Source of the DNA: an uncultured Roseburia sp.
GTDB lineage: Bacteria > Bacillota > Clostridia > Lachnospirales > Lachnospiraceae
Assembly: GCA_964515325.1 (NCBI GenBank)
Contig: CAZESO010000001.1
Location: forward strand, 1 to 35,482
Reading direction: 5' to 3'
DNA: 35,482 nucleotides
Of the stretch, positions 1-9,129 are shown piece by piece. Every line of letters starts with the position of its first letter. The first letter of the stretch is position 1. The position numbers and the translations under genes were made by a program. A model generated the notes under the pieces. It did no database searches, was not told the DNA's origin, and was given only the letters and a program-made list of their open reading frames with translations.

Positions 1-970
1 GTTCTGGCTTTTCCATTGTTACAGGAACCTGATGAGCTCTGAATGAACCTTCAACTCTTTCGCCATCAACAACCTTTGGACCTGTCCATCCCTTTGGAGT
101 ACGGAGAACGATCATTGGCCAGAAAGGTCTTTCCTTCTTACCATCTTCTCTAGCTGCTCTCTGGATTTCTTTGATTTCTTCAATACACTTGTCAACAGCT
201 TCGCTCATTAACTTGTGCATTGTCATTGGATCATCACCTTCTACAAAGTATGGCTTCCAACCACATCCATGGAAGAAGCTTTCAACTTCATCATGAGAGA
301 TGTGTGAGAATACTGTAGGGTTAGAGATCTTATAACCGTTTAAGTGCATGATTGGGAATACAGCACCGTCTGTAGCTGGGTTGATGAATTTGTTTACATG
401 CCAAGCTGTTGCAAGAGGACCTGTTTCAGCTTCACCATCACCAACGATTACAGTTGCGATTAAGTCTGGGTTATCGAAAATAGCACCAGTAGCGTGGGCG
501 ATTGAATAACCGAGCTCGCCACCTTCATTGATTGAACCAGGTGTTTCTGGAGCAACGTGACTTGAAATACCACATGGGAATGAGAACTGCTTACAAAGTC
601 TCTTCATACCTTCATAGTCTTCGCTTACGTTTGGATAAATTTCACTGTAGTGACCTTCTAAGTAAGAGTTACCTACGAAGAAGTTTCCACCATGACCTGG
701 GCCTGAGATTAAGATCATGCTCAAATCGTACTTCTTGATTGCTCTGTTCATATGAACATATACGAAGTTCTGTCCTGGAACTGTTCCCCAGTGACCAACG
801 ATTTTCTTCTTAACCTGGTCTCTTGTTAATGGTTCGCGTAAAAGTGGGTTGTCTAACATATAAAGCTGAGCTGCAGCAATATAGTTTGTTGCACGCCAGT
901 AAGCATTCATTTTCTCAAGATATTCCTGAGTCATTGGCTGCTTTTCTGGACAATCATTGATATTTGCCAT
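1..970 (-). CDS. xfp: xylulose-5-P/fructose-6-P phosphoketolase, N-terminal ~323 codons (C-terminus lies beyond the window edge)
   Basis: Absent from the ORF track because it runs off the edge. Minus-strand translation from ATG 970-968 reads [75 protein letters not shown], which matches the phosphoketolase N-terminal/TPP signatures. AAGGAG RBS (rc of 980-985) lies 9 nt upstream. Confidence 0.85.
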   Translation of the reverse strand, partial: MANINDCPEKQPMTQEYLEKMNAYWRATNYIAAAQLYMLDNPLLREPLTRDQVKKKIVGHWGTVPGQNFVYVHMNRAIKKYDLSMILISGPGHGGNFFVGNSYLEGHYSEIYPNVSEDYEGMKRLCKQFSFPCGISSHVAPETPGSINEGGELGYSIAHATGAIFDNPDLIATVIVGDGEAETGPLATAWHVNKFINPATDGAVFPIMHLNGYKISNPTVFSHISHDEVESFFHGCGWKPYFVEGDDPMTMHKLMSEAVDKCIEEIKEIQRAAREDGKKERPFWPMIVLRTPKGWTGPKVVDGERVEGSFRAHQVPVTMEKPE

Positions 971-1160
971 GTTTAAATTCTCCTTTGATAAATTTTCTTA
1001 ATGTATGTTAACGATAAAATATCGTTTAACTCCGTTTATATCATAATTGATTTTTGGGTATTTTGAAAGCACAAATTTTTTTTTCTAAATAATTGATATA
1101 AACTTACAAGATTTTACAAAAATTTAGTGCAAAATGTATAAAAAACTTGTGGGGTGTTAA

Positions 1161-1196
1161 AAATAAAGGGGATTTCACGTATGTGATACCCCCTTG
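1161..1196 (-). terminator. rho-independent terminator after prs
   Basis: On the minus strand: AAGGGGG (rc of 1189-1195), loop, CCCCTT (rc of 1166-1171), then TATTTTT. It begins 13 nt after the prs stop. Confidence 0.5.
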
Positions 1197-1208
1197 CACT
1201 CTAGTTAA

Positions 1209-2393
1209 TTATGAAATTTTGCCAGTTTCTTTGTATTCATTTACTCTTGTATGAATACGGTCAACCGGATTGAGCAATTCGCTCATAGAACCATCGTGGT
1301 TTAATGTGTCGATGATAAGAGAAATATATTTGTTCATATCACAACTTACATACCAAGGTCTCTGTAAAAGCTCAGGCATCTGATAAATAACATTAGTTGT
1401 AAGAACCTTGTTGATAAGACCATCTTCGTAAGCTTTGTCAAATTTATCCAAACCATCTGTAAATAAACCGAATGTTGTAGCAACAAATACTTTTCTTGCA
1501 TCTCTGTCTTTTAATTTCTTTGCAACATCTATAACACTGTCGCCCGAAGAAATCATATCATCAATAATAAGAACATCCTTGCCTGCAACTGATGAACCTA
1601 AGAATTCATGAGCAACAATAGGATTCTTTCCATTAACAATCTTAGTGTAATCTCTTCTCTTGTAGAACATACCCATATCAAGACCAAGTACATTGGCAAG
1701 ATAAACTGCACGGCTTGTACCGCCTTCGTCAGGGCTGATAATCATCATATGGTCAGCATCAATCTGTAAGTCGCTCTCAGAATGTAATAATCCTTTGAGA
1801 AACTGATAAGCAGGCTGAACAGTTTCAAAACCTTTAAGAGGAATTGAATTCTGAACTCTTGGGTCATGTGCGTCGAATGTGATGATGTTTTCAACACCCA
1901 TATCTGTAAGTTCCTGAAGTGCAAGTGCGCAATCAAGAGATTCTCTTGCTGTTTTCTTGTGCTGTCTGCTTTCATATAAGAAAGGCATAATAACTGTGAT
2001 TCTCTTTGCTTTACCACTAACGGCAGCAATTATTCTCTTTAAATCCTGATAATGGTCATCAGGCGACATATGATTTTCATAACCACATAAAGAGTATGTC
2101 ATACTATGATTTAAAACATCTACGAGAATGTACAAATCCATACCTCGTACAGATTCATTAATAACACCTTTAGCTTCACCTGAACCAAATCTTGGTACTT
2201 TGGTATTAACAAGGTAAGAATCTTTTAAGTATCCTGAAAAAGAAATTGTATGTGGATACTGTGTTGTACGGTTTTTTCTCCATTTAGCAATATAGCTGTC
2301 TACGAATTGAGCCTGTCCCTTAAAGCTATCAAGGGCAATAATTCCTAAAGGCCCCACTGGAATAGTTTCGACAAATTTTTCGTTGTTTGGCAT
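1209..2393 (-). CDS. prs: ribose-phosphate pyrophosphokinase (PRPP synthetase), long divergent form (394 aa)
   Basis: Trimmed from the track ORF to MPNNEKF (ATG 2393-2391) because GGAGGA (rc of 2401-2406) lies 7 nt upstream. Motifs seen: RFGSGE, PFLYESRQHKK, DAHDPRVQ and the PRPP-binding loop VLIIDDMISSGDS. Confidence 0.8.
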   Translation of the reverse strand: MPNNEKFVETIPVGPLGIIALDSFKGQAQFVDSYIAKWRKNRTTQYPHTISFSGYLKDSYLVNTKVPRFGSGEAKGVINESVRGMDLYILVDVLNHSMTYSLCGYENHMSPDDHYQDLKRIIAAVSGKAKRITVIMPFLYESRQHKKTARESLDCALALQELTDMGVENIITFDAHDPRVQNSIPLKGFETVQPAYQFLKGLLHSESDLQIDADHMMIISPDEGGTSRAVYLANVLGLDMGMFYKRRDYTKIVNGKNPIVAHEFLGSSVAGKDVLIIDDMISSGDSVIDVAKKLKDRDARKVFVATTFGLFTDGLDKFDKAYEDGLINKVLTTNVIYQMPELLQRPWYVSCDMNKYISLIIDTLNHDGSMSELLNPVDRIHTRVNEYKETGKIS

Positions 2394-2449
2394 AAGTAAA
2401 TCCTCCATAGATGTGGTTAGTTGTTTATAACTATTAATTATACAAGAGA

Positions 2450-2478
2450 TATATAACAATATAAACTTGGTTTGTCAA
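2450..2478 (-). promoter_or_regulatory. sigma-A type promoter for prs
   Basis: Minus strand: TTGACA (rc of 2473-2478), 17-nt spacer, TATATA (rc of 2450-2455), preceded by TGT (extended -10). Confidence 0.45.
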
Positions 2479-2486
2479 GTGGAAAA

Positions 2487-3464
2487 TTAAAAGGCAAGTC
2501 TTAAATCATTCCCAAAAATTTTCAACAAAGTGTAGTTGCTGGCGATGCGGGAAAATACTCGTTCTGAGTACATTTCACGCAATTGACCGATTGATAAATT
2601 TGAGGAAATAATTACAGATTTTTGTCTTAAAAATCTTTCATTAATCAAGTTGAAAAATGATGAGGTGGTAAATGAATTTACCATTTCTGTTCCTAAATCA
2701 TCAATAACTAAAAGATCACATTCTAATAAATCTTTAGTTTGCATATCCATTTCAGCATCACCAAATCTGTTAAATGTATTTTTGGCTAATACATCAAAGA
2801 GATTGATTGCAGACATATAGATAACAGAATGAGATGTATCTATAAGCTCTTTGGCAATGCAGTTGGTGAGAAAGGTTTTTCCAACACCTGTTTCTCCATA
2901 AATAAATAAATTTTTAAATATAGAATCAAAATTGTTAATATAATCTTTAGCAATATCATAGATTTCCAACATATTCTGTCTGGCAGAAATCTTGGTATTG
3001 GAATCAATGAATTGCTCAGAATAACAATCCAAATTAAACTTGCTGAAATTTTCCTTTTTTAATTGTGCCTTTATATTAGACTGATTATACAAAGCAGCAA
3101 TAATTTTGTTCTTGAGGCAATGACATTTTTCACCATCAATAAAGCCTGTATCCTTACAATCCTTACAGCTATAATTCATAGAAAGATAATTTTTATCATA
3201 GCCGGCTTCCACAAGCATTTGTTCTTTTAAGGAAATAAGTCTTGCAAGTTCTGATTTTATATCAGACATAGAGCCTTTTTCTTCTAATATAAGTGCTTTT
3301 GCACTTCTCAAAGAAAAACTGCTGATTTCATCATTTAAATCCTTTAATTTAGGATACTTTATATAGAGCTTGTTTGTACGTTCTTCAAGCTCATTATGGG
3401 CATCAATGCGTTTGCGTTCATAATCACGCATTATTTCATTGTATTTTTCCGTTGTAAGTCCCAT
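2487..3464 (-). CDS. DnaC/DnaI-family replicative helicase loader ATPase
   Basis: Walker A GETGVGKTFL, Walker B LLVIDDLGTE, and an N-terminal Cys cluster CKDCKDTGFIDGEKCHC as in DnaI-type loaders. Sits directly downstream of a DnaD/DnaB-like gene. Confidence 0.8.
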   Translation of the reverse strand: MGLTTEKYNEIMRDYERKRIDAHNELEERTNKLYIKYPKLKDLNDEISSFSLRSAKALILEEKGSMSDIKSELARLISLKEQMLVEAGYDKNYLSMNYSCKDCKDTGFIDGEKCHCLKNKIIAALYNQSNIKAQLKKENFSKFNLDCYSEQFIDSNTKISARQNMLEIYDIAKDYINNFDSIFKNLFIYGETGVGKTFLTNCIAKELIDTSHSVIYMSAINLFDVLAKNTFNRFGDAEMDMQTKDLLECDLLVIDDLGTEMVNSFTTSSFFNLINERFLRQKSVIISSNLSIGQLREMYSERVFSRIASNYTLLKIFGNDLRLAF

Positions 3465-3485
3465 GTTAAAATCCTTTCAAGGTGC

Positions 3486-4550
3486 CTATCTTCGTTTCAA
3501 AAGATCGCGTTCCAATGCATCATAATCATATGTTCTCTGATTAAAATTATTGAAACTATTTTTGGAAACTGCTACTGAAACAGAAGATTTAGCTTTCTTG
3601 TTGTGTTCGTCATCAATATCTTTTAAATCGTCTAAGCTTTTAACATTTTTCTTCTTCCATCTTTGCAAAATGGAGTCGGCATATGGAAAGCTTGGTTGAT
3701 GAATCGTATTAATAGTACGACTACAGGCATCAAGTATAATATCCATATCAAAACCATATTCTTTAGTCCACTTTACGATAAATGACTTTTCAATAGCAGC
3801 AGGAGCTCTGTTGGTAAGTCCAAAAGCTTTGAGAACAGGATAAAAACTATTGTTCATATCAGAAACATACTCTTTGGCCTGCTCAACAGTTTCTATATTG
3901 TGTTCAGCCCAATCTAAAGCAACAGTTTCTATGTAGTTAAGCTTTTTGTGATTGTTAGAAACACAATATTCAATAAGAAATTCTATAAGCTCCGGAGAAA
4001 AGCCTAATTCGTCATAAAAATAAAGTACGATATTAGTTTCAGTAGGAGTGAAAGGCTTTCCTATATATGTTTGTGCTATGTAAAGTAATTCTCTGATTTC
4101 ATCATTTGCAGTTAAAGCTGCAAGCTTTTCAGGAGATACAGAGTATTTTGGCTTCTTGATTGATTCCTGCTTTTCGGAAACTTCAGGTTTGTTTTGAGAA
4201 GCTTCAGCTTTGGTGTTTTCAGGAACAATCTTGAAACTCATGGGAAACTCTCTCATAACATTTTTTAATGAGATTCCGGTTATATCATTACTTTCATCAT
4301 AAGTGAGAGATAACAGGCCTAACTGTTCCCAATAATTCAATGCACGAATAATGTCCTTTTCTGTATTGTCAAATTTATCTGCAATGTCAGAAATAGTAAA
4401 ATCTATGTTAGAATTGCCACAGCTTCTTAATAGGAAAAGGTAAACCTTAACATATTCGCCGCTTGCTTTTGGCATATATTCGTCTAAAAAATAGTTTGAT
4501 ACTACTGTAACATCAGATAAAGAATTTTTATCTAATACTATCTTTTTCAT
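3486..4550 (-). CDS. DnaD/DnaB(Firmicutes)-family replication initiation protein (DnaB_2-type repeat domain)
   Basis: Trimmed to MKKIVLDKN (ATG 4550-4548) with GGAGGG (rc of 4555-4560) upstream. Winged-helix-like N-terminus, charged linker, then a DnaD-like C-terminal region (FTPTETNIVLYFYDELGFSPELIEFLIEYC ... KWTKEYGF). Paired with the loader ATPase gene. Confidence 0.7.
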   Translation of the reverse strand: MKKIVLDKNSLSDVTVVSNYFLDEYMPKASGEYVKVYLFLLRSCGNSNIDFTISDIADKFDNTEKDIIRALNYWEQLGLLSLTYDESNDITGISLKNVMREFPMSFKIVPENTKAEASQNKPEVSEKQESIKKPKYSVSPEKLAALTANDEIRELLYIAQTYIGKPFTPTETNIVLYFYDELGFSPELIEFLIEYCVSNNHKKLNYIETVALDWAEHNIETVEQAKEYVSDMNNSFYPVLKAFGLTNRAPAAIEKSFIVKWTKEYGFDMDIILDACSRTINTIHQPSFPYADSILQRWKKKNVKSLDDLKDIDDEHNKKAKSSVSVAVSKNSFNNFNQRTYDYDALERDLLKRR

Positions 4551-4581
4551 AAGTCCCTCCAGTAACAAATTAGCAATAGTT

Positions 4582-4610
4582 AATATAGCATAAAAATATA
4601 AAAATGTTAA
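4582..4610 (-). promoter_or_regulatory. candidate promoter of the dnaD-like/dnaI-like operon
   Basis: Minus strand: TTAACA (rc of 4605-4610), 17-nt spacer, TATATT (rc of 4582-4587), preceded by TGC (extended -10). Confidence 0.4.
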
Positions 4611-4657
4611 GTGAAAAATTTTGAAAAATGTCAGTAAATATCAGCGTTTGAGGGGAT

Positions 4658-4684
4658 TGTGGATAATGTGGAAATTGTGGAGAA
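4658..4684 (-). promoter_or_regulatory. three abutting DnaA-box 9-mers
   Basis: TGTGGATAA (4658-4666, perfect rc of TTATCCACA), TGTGGAAAT (4667-4675) and TGTGGAGAA (4676-4684), head to tail. Confidence 0.55.
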
Positions 4685-4740
4685 AATGAAATGCAGAATT
4701 AAAAAAAGCCGATAATGTAATGAAAATTAAATTAAGAAAA

Positions 4741-4783
4741 ATCCACATAAAATGTGAGTAAAAAAGGTACATTTTATGTGGAT
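4741..4783 (-). terminator. murC terminator hairpin
   Basis: Perfect 15-bp inverted repeat atccacataaaatgt (4741-4755) / acattttatgtggat (4769-4783) with a 13-nt loop. It starts 13 nt after the murC stop and is followed on the minus strand by a T-rich tract (TTTTTCTTAATTT). Confidence 0.55.
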
Positions 4784-4794
4784 AATGTGGATAA
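4777..4794 (-). promoter_or_regulatory. two abutting perfect DnaA boxes
   Basis: TGTGGATAA at 4777-4785 and at 4786-4794. The first overlaps the right arm of the murC terminator stem. An opposite-orientation box-like AAATCCACA lies at 4739-4747. Confidence 0.55.
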
Positions 4795-4795
4795 A

Positions 4796-6175
4796 TTATT
4801 TTTTTAACAGGTTGTTGCCGACTTCTACGATATTTCCGGCACCCATAGTTATCAACAAATCATTTTCTTTACAATTTTTTATTAAAAAGTTTTCTATCTC
4901 ATCAAATGTAGAAAAATGATATGCCTCACAACCTAAGTTTTTCAACTCGGAAAGTATATCAAGGGAGCTTACTCCGAGAGTATCAGTTTCTCTTGCGGCA
5001 TAAATATCAGCTAAAACAACTTTGTCTGCCAATGACAGTGCTTTGGCAAAATCTTTAAGAAAAGCCTTGGTTCTGGTATAGGTATGTGGTTGGAATACGC
5101 ACCACACATCATTTACAGAACATTTCTTGGCTGTTTCAAGAGTGGCTTTGATTTCATCAGGATGATGAGCATAGTCATCAACGATTGTAAAACCATTTAA
5201 TTTGCCCTTCAATTCGAAACGTCTTTCTGTTCCTTTGTAGCTTTCAATTCCTTCCTTAATAAAGGAAATATCTTCGCCGTTAGCATAAGCTGAGCCAATA
5301 GCGGCAAGAGCGTTTTCTATATTGTGTGAGCCGGGAACATTTAGCTTTATATGAGCAACATTCTCGCCTTTTATATACAAATCAAACTCGCCATGGGATA
5401 AGTTATCATATTTAATATTGCAAGCTGAAATGTCAAGCTTTGGGTTTTCAAGTCCGTAGGCATATACCTGACAGACCAAATCGTTGGTAAAAAATTCATA
5501 ATTTGGAATTGTGGAATTTATTACCAAATTGCCATTTTCAGGTAAAAGCTCAGTAAACTTTTTAAAGCTTGAACGTATATCATCAATGTCTTTGAAAAAG
5601 TCCATATGGTCCTCGCAAACATTGAGTATTACTGCAGTTGAAGGATAAAACGATAAAAAGCTGTTAGTGTATTCACAAGCTTCTGTTATGAGTACATCCG
5701 ATTGACCGATTCTCAAATTACCATTTATTGACTCTAGTATTCCACCTACTAATATAGTAGGATCACTATGTGAGGCAAGGTAAATATGTGATACCATGGA
5801 TGTGGTTGTCGTTTTACCATGTGTGCCAGAGACAGCTATAGAAATAGGATGTTCCTTCATGATGCACCCTAGTAATTCTCCTCTCGTGATACAAGGAATC
5901 TTCTTGTTTCTGGCTGTCATAAGTTCTGGATTGTCCTCTTTTACAGCAGCAGTGTATACTACCAAATCTATGTCATCAGTAATATTATCTGAAGATTGAC
6001 CATATAATACCTTGGCACCTGAAGCGACAAGATGTTTGGTTAAAGGGGTTTCAGCTCTGTCAGAGCCTGATACGGAAAAATTCTTGGATAAAAGAATCTC
6101 TGCCAGACCGCTCATGCTGATACCACCAATGCCGATAAAATGTATATGTGAATAATCATTTAAATTATAATTCAT
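4796..6175 (-). CDS. murC: UDP-N-acetylmuramate--L-alanine ligase
   Basis: 459 aa. HFIGIGGISMSGLAEIL N-terminus and Mur ligase P-loop GTHGKTTTTSM. Confidence 0.93.
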   Translation of the reverse strand: MNYNLNDYSHIHFIGIGGISMSGLAEILLSKNFSVSGSDRAETPLTKHLVASGAKVLYGQSSDNITDDIDLVVYTAAVKEDNPELMTARNKKIPCITRGELLGCIMKEHPISIAVSGTHGKTTTTSMVSHIYLASHSDPTILVGGILESINGNLRIGQSDVLITEACEYTNSFLSFYPSTAVILNVCEDHMDFFKDIDDIRSSFKKFTELLPENGNLVINSTIPNYEFFTNDLVCQVYAYGLENPKLDISACNIKYDNLSHGEFDLYIKGENVAHIKLNVPGSHNIENALAAIGSAYANGEDISFIKEGIESYKGTERRFELKGKLNGFTIVDDYAHHPDEIKATLETAKKCSVNDVWCVFQPHTYTRTKAFLKDFAKALSLADKVVLADIYAARETDTLGVSSLDILSELKNLGCEAYHFSTFDEIENFLIKNCKENDLLITMGAGNIVEVGNNLLKK

Positions 6176-6345
6176 CTAAACCAACCTTTCTAAAAATAAA
6201 GACATAACTATGTACATTATACTACCGCAATAGTAAAAAATAAACTTTTTGAGAAAATTTTTTGATAATTTTCATATTTATTAACAACAATTTGTTTAAA
6301 ATATCTAAAAAATAACTCGAAATAGGTTTTTTGCTGTAAATTTTG

Positions 6346-6374
6346 TTCACATTTTGTAATAAATGTGTTATAAT
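6346..6374 (+). promoter_or_regulatory. candidate glgC promoter
   Basis: TTCACA (6346-6351), 17-nt spacer, TATAAT (6369-6374) with TGT extended -10. A 7-bp inverted repeat cacattt/aaatgtg (6348-6367) spans the spacer. Confidence 0.45.
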
Positions 6375-6405
6375 AAAAACTATCTTAAAGACAAGAGGTG
6401 ATAGC

Positions 6406-7677
6406 GTGATTAAAAAAGAAATGATTGCCATGTTATTGGCAGGAGGACAGGGAAGCAGATTAGGTGTGCTTACTTCCAAAGTAGCAAAGCCTGCAGTATC
6501 ATTTGGCGGCAAGTACAGAATAATTGATTTCCCACTTAGTAATTGTATTAATTCAGGAATTGATACAGTAGGTGTACTGACACAGTACCAACCACTCAGA
6601 CTTAACTCGCATATAGGAATTGGTATACCATGGGATTTGGATAGAAACTATGGCGGTGTAAGTATTCTTCCACCATATGAGAAGAGTGAAAACAGTGATT
6701 GGTATACAGGAACTGCTAATGCTATATATCAGAATATCGATTATATGGAGCAGTATAATCCTGATTATGTACTTATTTTATCTGGTGACCATATTTATAA
6801 GATGGATTACGAGATAATGCTTGATTATCATAAGGCGAATAATGCGGATGTAACTATTGCAGCTATGCCAGTGCCTATGGAAGAAGCAAGCAGATTTGGT
6901 ATTGTTGTTACTGACAACGAGACACGTATAACAGACTTCCAGGAGAAACCTGAAGTTCCAAAGAGCAATCTTGCATCAATGGGTATTTACATATTTAAAT
7001 GGTCAGTTTTGAAGGATGCTCTTATCAAGTTGAAGAATCAGAGCAATTGTGACTTTGGTAAGCATATAATTCCATATTGCTTTGAAAAGGGCGACAGAAT
7101 ATTTGCATATGAGTACAATGGTTATTGGAAGGATGTTGGTACATTAGGTTCATATTGGGAAGCTAATATGGAACTTATTGATATTATTCCTGTATTTAAT
7201 CTCTATGAAGAATTCTGGAGAATTTATACAAGAAATAATACTCTTCCACCACAGTTTATCGCAGATACAGCCAAGATTGGCAGAAGTATCATAAGTGAAG
7301 GCTGCGATGTTTACGGTGAAGTGACTAATTCTGTTATCGGAGCAGGTGTTACTATTGAAGCCGGAGCAGTTGTAAAGGATTCCATCATTATGAAGGGAAC
7401 CGTTGTAAAAGCAGGTGCTAAGATTGATAAGGCAATTATTGCTGAAGACGTTGTTATTGGCGAGAATGTTGAGATTGGTGTTGGCGAAGAAGCACCTAGT
7501 AAGTTAGATGCCAGAATTTATGCATTTGGTCTTGCTACAATTGGTGAGAAATCAGTTGTGCCAGCAAATATTAAGATAGGTAAGAATACAGCGATTTCGG
7601 GAGAGACAACATTAGAGGATTACAATAATGGTGTTCTTGAAAGCGGCGAGTATATTATTAAGGTAGGTGAAGTGTAA
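6406..7677 (+). CDS. glgC: glucose-1-phosphate adenylyltransferase, catalytic subunit
   Basis: Start moved to GTG 6406 ([19 protein letters not shown]) because AGAGGTG (6394-6400) lies 5 nt upstream. Motifs LAGGQGSRL and [10 protein letters not shown], plus a hexapeptide-repeat C-terminus. Confidence 0.9.
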   Translation: MIKKEMIAMLLAGGQGSRLGVLTSKVAKPAVSFGGKYRIIDFPLSNCINSGIDTVGVLTQYQPLRLNSHIGIGIPWDLDRNYGGVSILPPYEKSENSDWYTGTANAIYQNIDYMEQYNPDYVLILSGDHIYKMDYEIMLDYHKANNADVTIAAMPVPMEEASRFGIVVTDNETRITDFQEKPEVPKSNLASMGIYIFKWSVLKDALIKLKNQSNCDFGKHIIPYCFEKGDRIFAYEYNGYWKDVGTLGSYWEANMELIDIIPVFNLYEEFWRIYTRNNTLPPQFIADTAKIGRSIISEGCDVYGEVTNSVIGAGVTIEAGAVVKDSIIMKGTVVKAGAKIDKAIIAEDVVIGENVEIGVGEEAPSKLDARIYAFGLATIGEKSVVPANIKIGKNTAISGETTLEDYNNGVLESGEYIIKVGEV

Positions 7678-8798
7678 TGAGAGCTATAGGAATTATTTTA
7701 GCAGGTGGAAACAACAACAAGATGAAAGAGCTTTCTTACAAAAGAGCCATTGCGGCTATGCCTATTGCAGGAAGCTACAGAGCCATTGATTTCGCATTGA
7801 GCAATATGTCTAATTCGCATATTCAGAAGGTTGCTGTTCTTACACAATACAATGCAAAGTCATTGAATGAACATTTAAGTTCATCTAAATGGTGGGATTT
7901 TGGTAGAAAACAAGGTGGTTTATATGTATTTACACCTTCTATTACAGCAGACAATGGTTTTTGGTACAGAGGTACAGCAGATAGTATATGGCAGAATATC
8001 AGTTTCTTGAAGAATAGCCATGAACCATATGTTGTTATTGCTGCCGGTGATGGTATTTACAAGTTGGATTACAATAAGGTTCTTGAATATCATATTCAGA
8101 AGAAGGCAGATATTACTGTTGTTTGTAAGGATATTAGTGATAGAGAAGATATTACAAGATTTGGTCTTGTTAAAACAGATGCAGATGCTAGAATTGTAGA
8201 TTTTGAAGAAAAACCGATGGCATCTAATTCCAGAACCGTTTCAACAGGTGTATATATTATAAGAAGAAGACTTCTTATTGAGCTTGTTGAGAAGTGTGCT
8301 GAAGAAGAGAGATTTGATTTTGTTAATGATATTTTAATCAGATATAAGAACTTGAAGAAGATATATGCGTATAAGATGGATTCATATTGGAGTAATATTT
8401 CCTCGGTTGAATCATATTACAATACAAATATGGATTTCTTGAAACCGGCTACAAGGGATTACTTCTTTAAGCAGCATCCTGATATTTATTCAAAGGTTGA
8501 TGATTTACCACCGGCAAAGTACAATCCGGGTTCAAACATAAAGAACAGTTTGATTTCAAGTGGATGTATTATAAATGGACAGGTTGAGAATTCAATATTA
8601 TTTAAGAAGGCGTTTGTAGGTAATAACTGTATTATTAAGAATTGTATTATCTTGAATAATGTGTATATTGGAGATAACACATATCTTGAGAATTGTATTG
8701 TTGAAAGTAGAGGAACAATTCGTGCTAATACTACTCATATTGGAGAAAATGGACAGGTAAAGGTTGTTATAGAACGTAATGAAAGATTAGGTTTTTAA
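7677..8798 (+). CDS. glgD: glucose-1-phosphate adenylyltransferase, GlgD regulatory subunit
   Basis: ATGA start/stop overlap with glgC. GlgC paralogue with a degenerate G-loop (ILAGGNNNKMKEL), giving the Firmicutes GlgC/GlgD pairing. Confidence 0.85.
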   Translation: MRAIGIILAGGNNNKMKELSYKRAIAAMPIAGSYRAIDFALSNMSNSHIQKVAVLTQYNAKSLNEHLSSSKWWDFGRKQGGLYVFTPSITADNGFWYRGTADSIWQNISFLKNSHEPYVVIAAGDGIYKLDYNKVLEYHIQKKADITVVCKDISDREDITRFGLVKTDADARIVDFEEKPMASNSRTVSTGVYIIRRRLLIELVEKCAEEERFDFVNDILIRYKNLKKIYAYKMDSYWSNISSVESYYNTNMDFLKPATRDYFFKQHPDIYSKVDDLPPAKYNPGSNIKNSLISSGCIINGQVENSILFKKAFVGNNCIIKNCIILNNVYIGDNTYLENCIVESRGTIRANTTHIGENGQVKVVIERNERLGF

Positions 8799-8837
8799 TT
8801 ATTACTACTTAGCGAAGGCAGAAAGGGGGCTTTTTAC

Positions 8838-9092
8838 ATGAAAGTTACAGATGTAAGAGTTCGAAAAGTATTAAGTGATGGAAAGCTTAAAGCAGTAGCT
8901 TCCGTAACATTTGATGATGTGTTTGTGGTACATGACATCAAGATTATTAACGGAGATGATGGTTTGTTTATAGCAATGCCAAGCAAGAAAGCTGCTGACG
9001 GAATGTTTAGAGACATAGCTCATCCAATTAATACTGAGACTAGAGAATACTTGAAGCGTACAATTTTAGAAAGTTATGAAAACGCACAGTAG
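8838..9092 (+). CDS. spoVG: septation/regulatory protein SpoVG
   Basis: 84 aa. [61 protein letters not shown] upstream. Confidence 0.92.
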   Translation: MKVTDVRVRKVLSDGKLKAVASVTFDDVFVVHDIKIINGDDGLFIAMPSKKAADGMFRDIAHPINTETREYLKRTILESYENAQ

Positions 9093-9096
9093 TTAT

Positions 9097-9124
9097 AAAG
9101 GCATCGGATTAGTCCGATGCCTTT
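9097..9124. terminator. bidirectional terminator between spoVG and mfd
   Basis: aaaggcatcgga (9097-9108) / tccgatgccttt (9113-9124), a 12-bp stem with a 4-nt loop flanked by A/T runs. Lies between two convergent genes. Confidence 0.7.
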
Positions 9125-9129
9125 CTCTA

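Noticed and set aside
532-738. 68-aa plus-strand ORF, and similar short ORFs antisense to prs, murC, mfd, MATE, M20, SSS and the ANL genes
   Set aside because: Each is fully embedded antisense or out of frame within a long ORF that carries clear family motifs. None has a start context that supports translation.
4570-4795. Calling this DnaA-box cluster the chromosomal origin (oriC)
   Set aside because: There is no dnaA, dnaN or rpmH nearby, and the flanking genes are all on the minus strand with no sign of a strand switch. DnaA-trio or DUE elements cannot be verified by eye. I kept it as a regulatory or titration cluster instead.
6222-6512. 96-aa minus-strand ORF in the murC/glgC intergenic region
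   Set aside because: It overlaps the glgC promoter and 5' coding region in antisense, has no RBS and has an implausible sequence.
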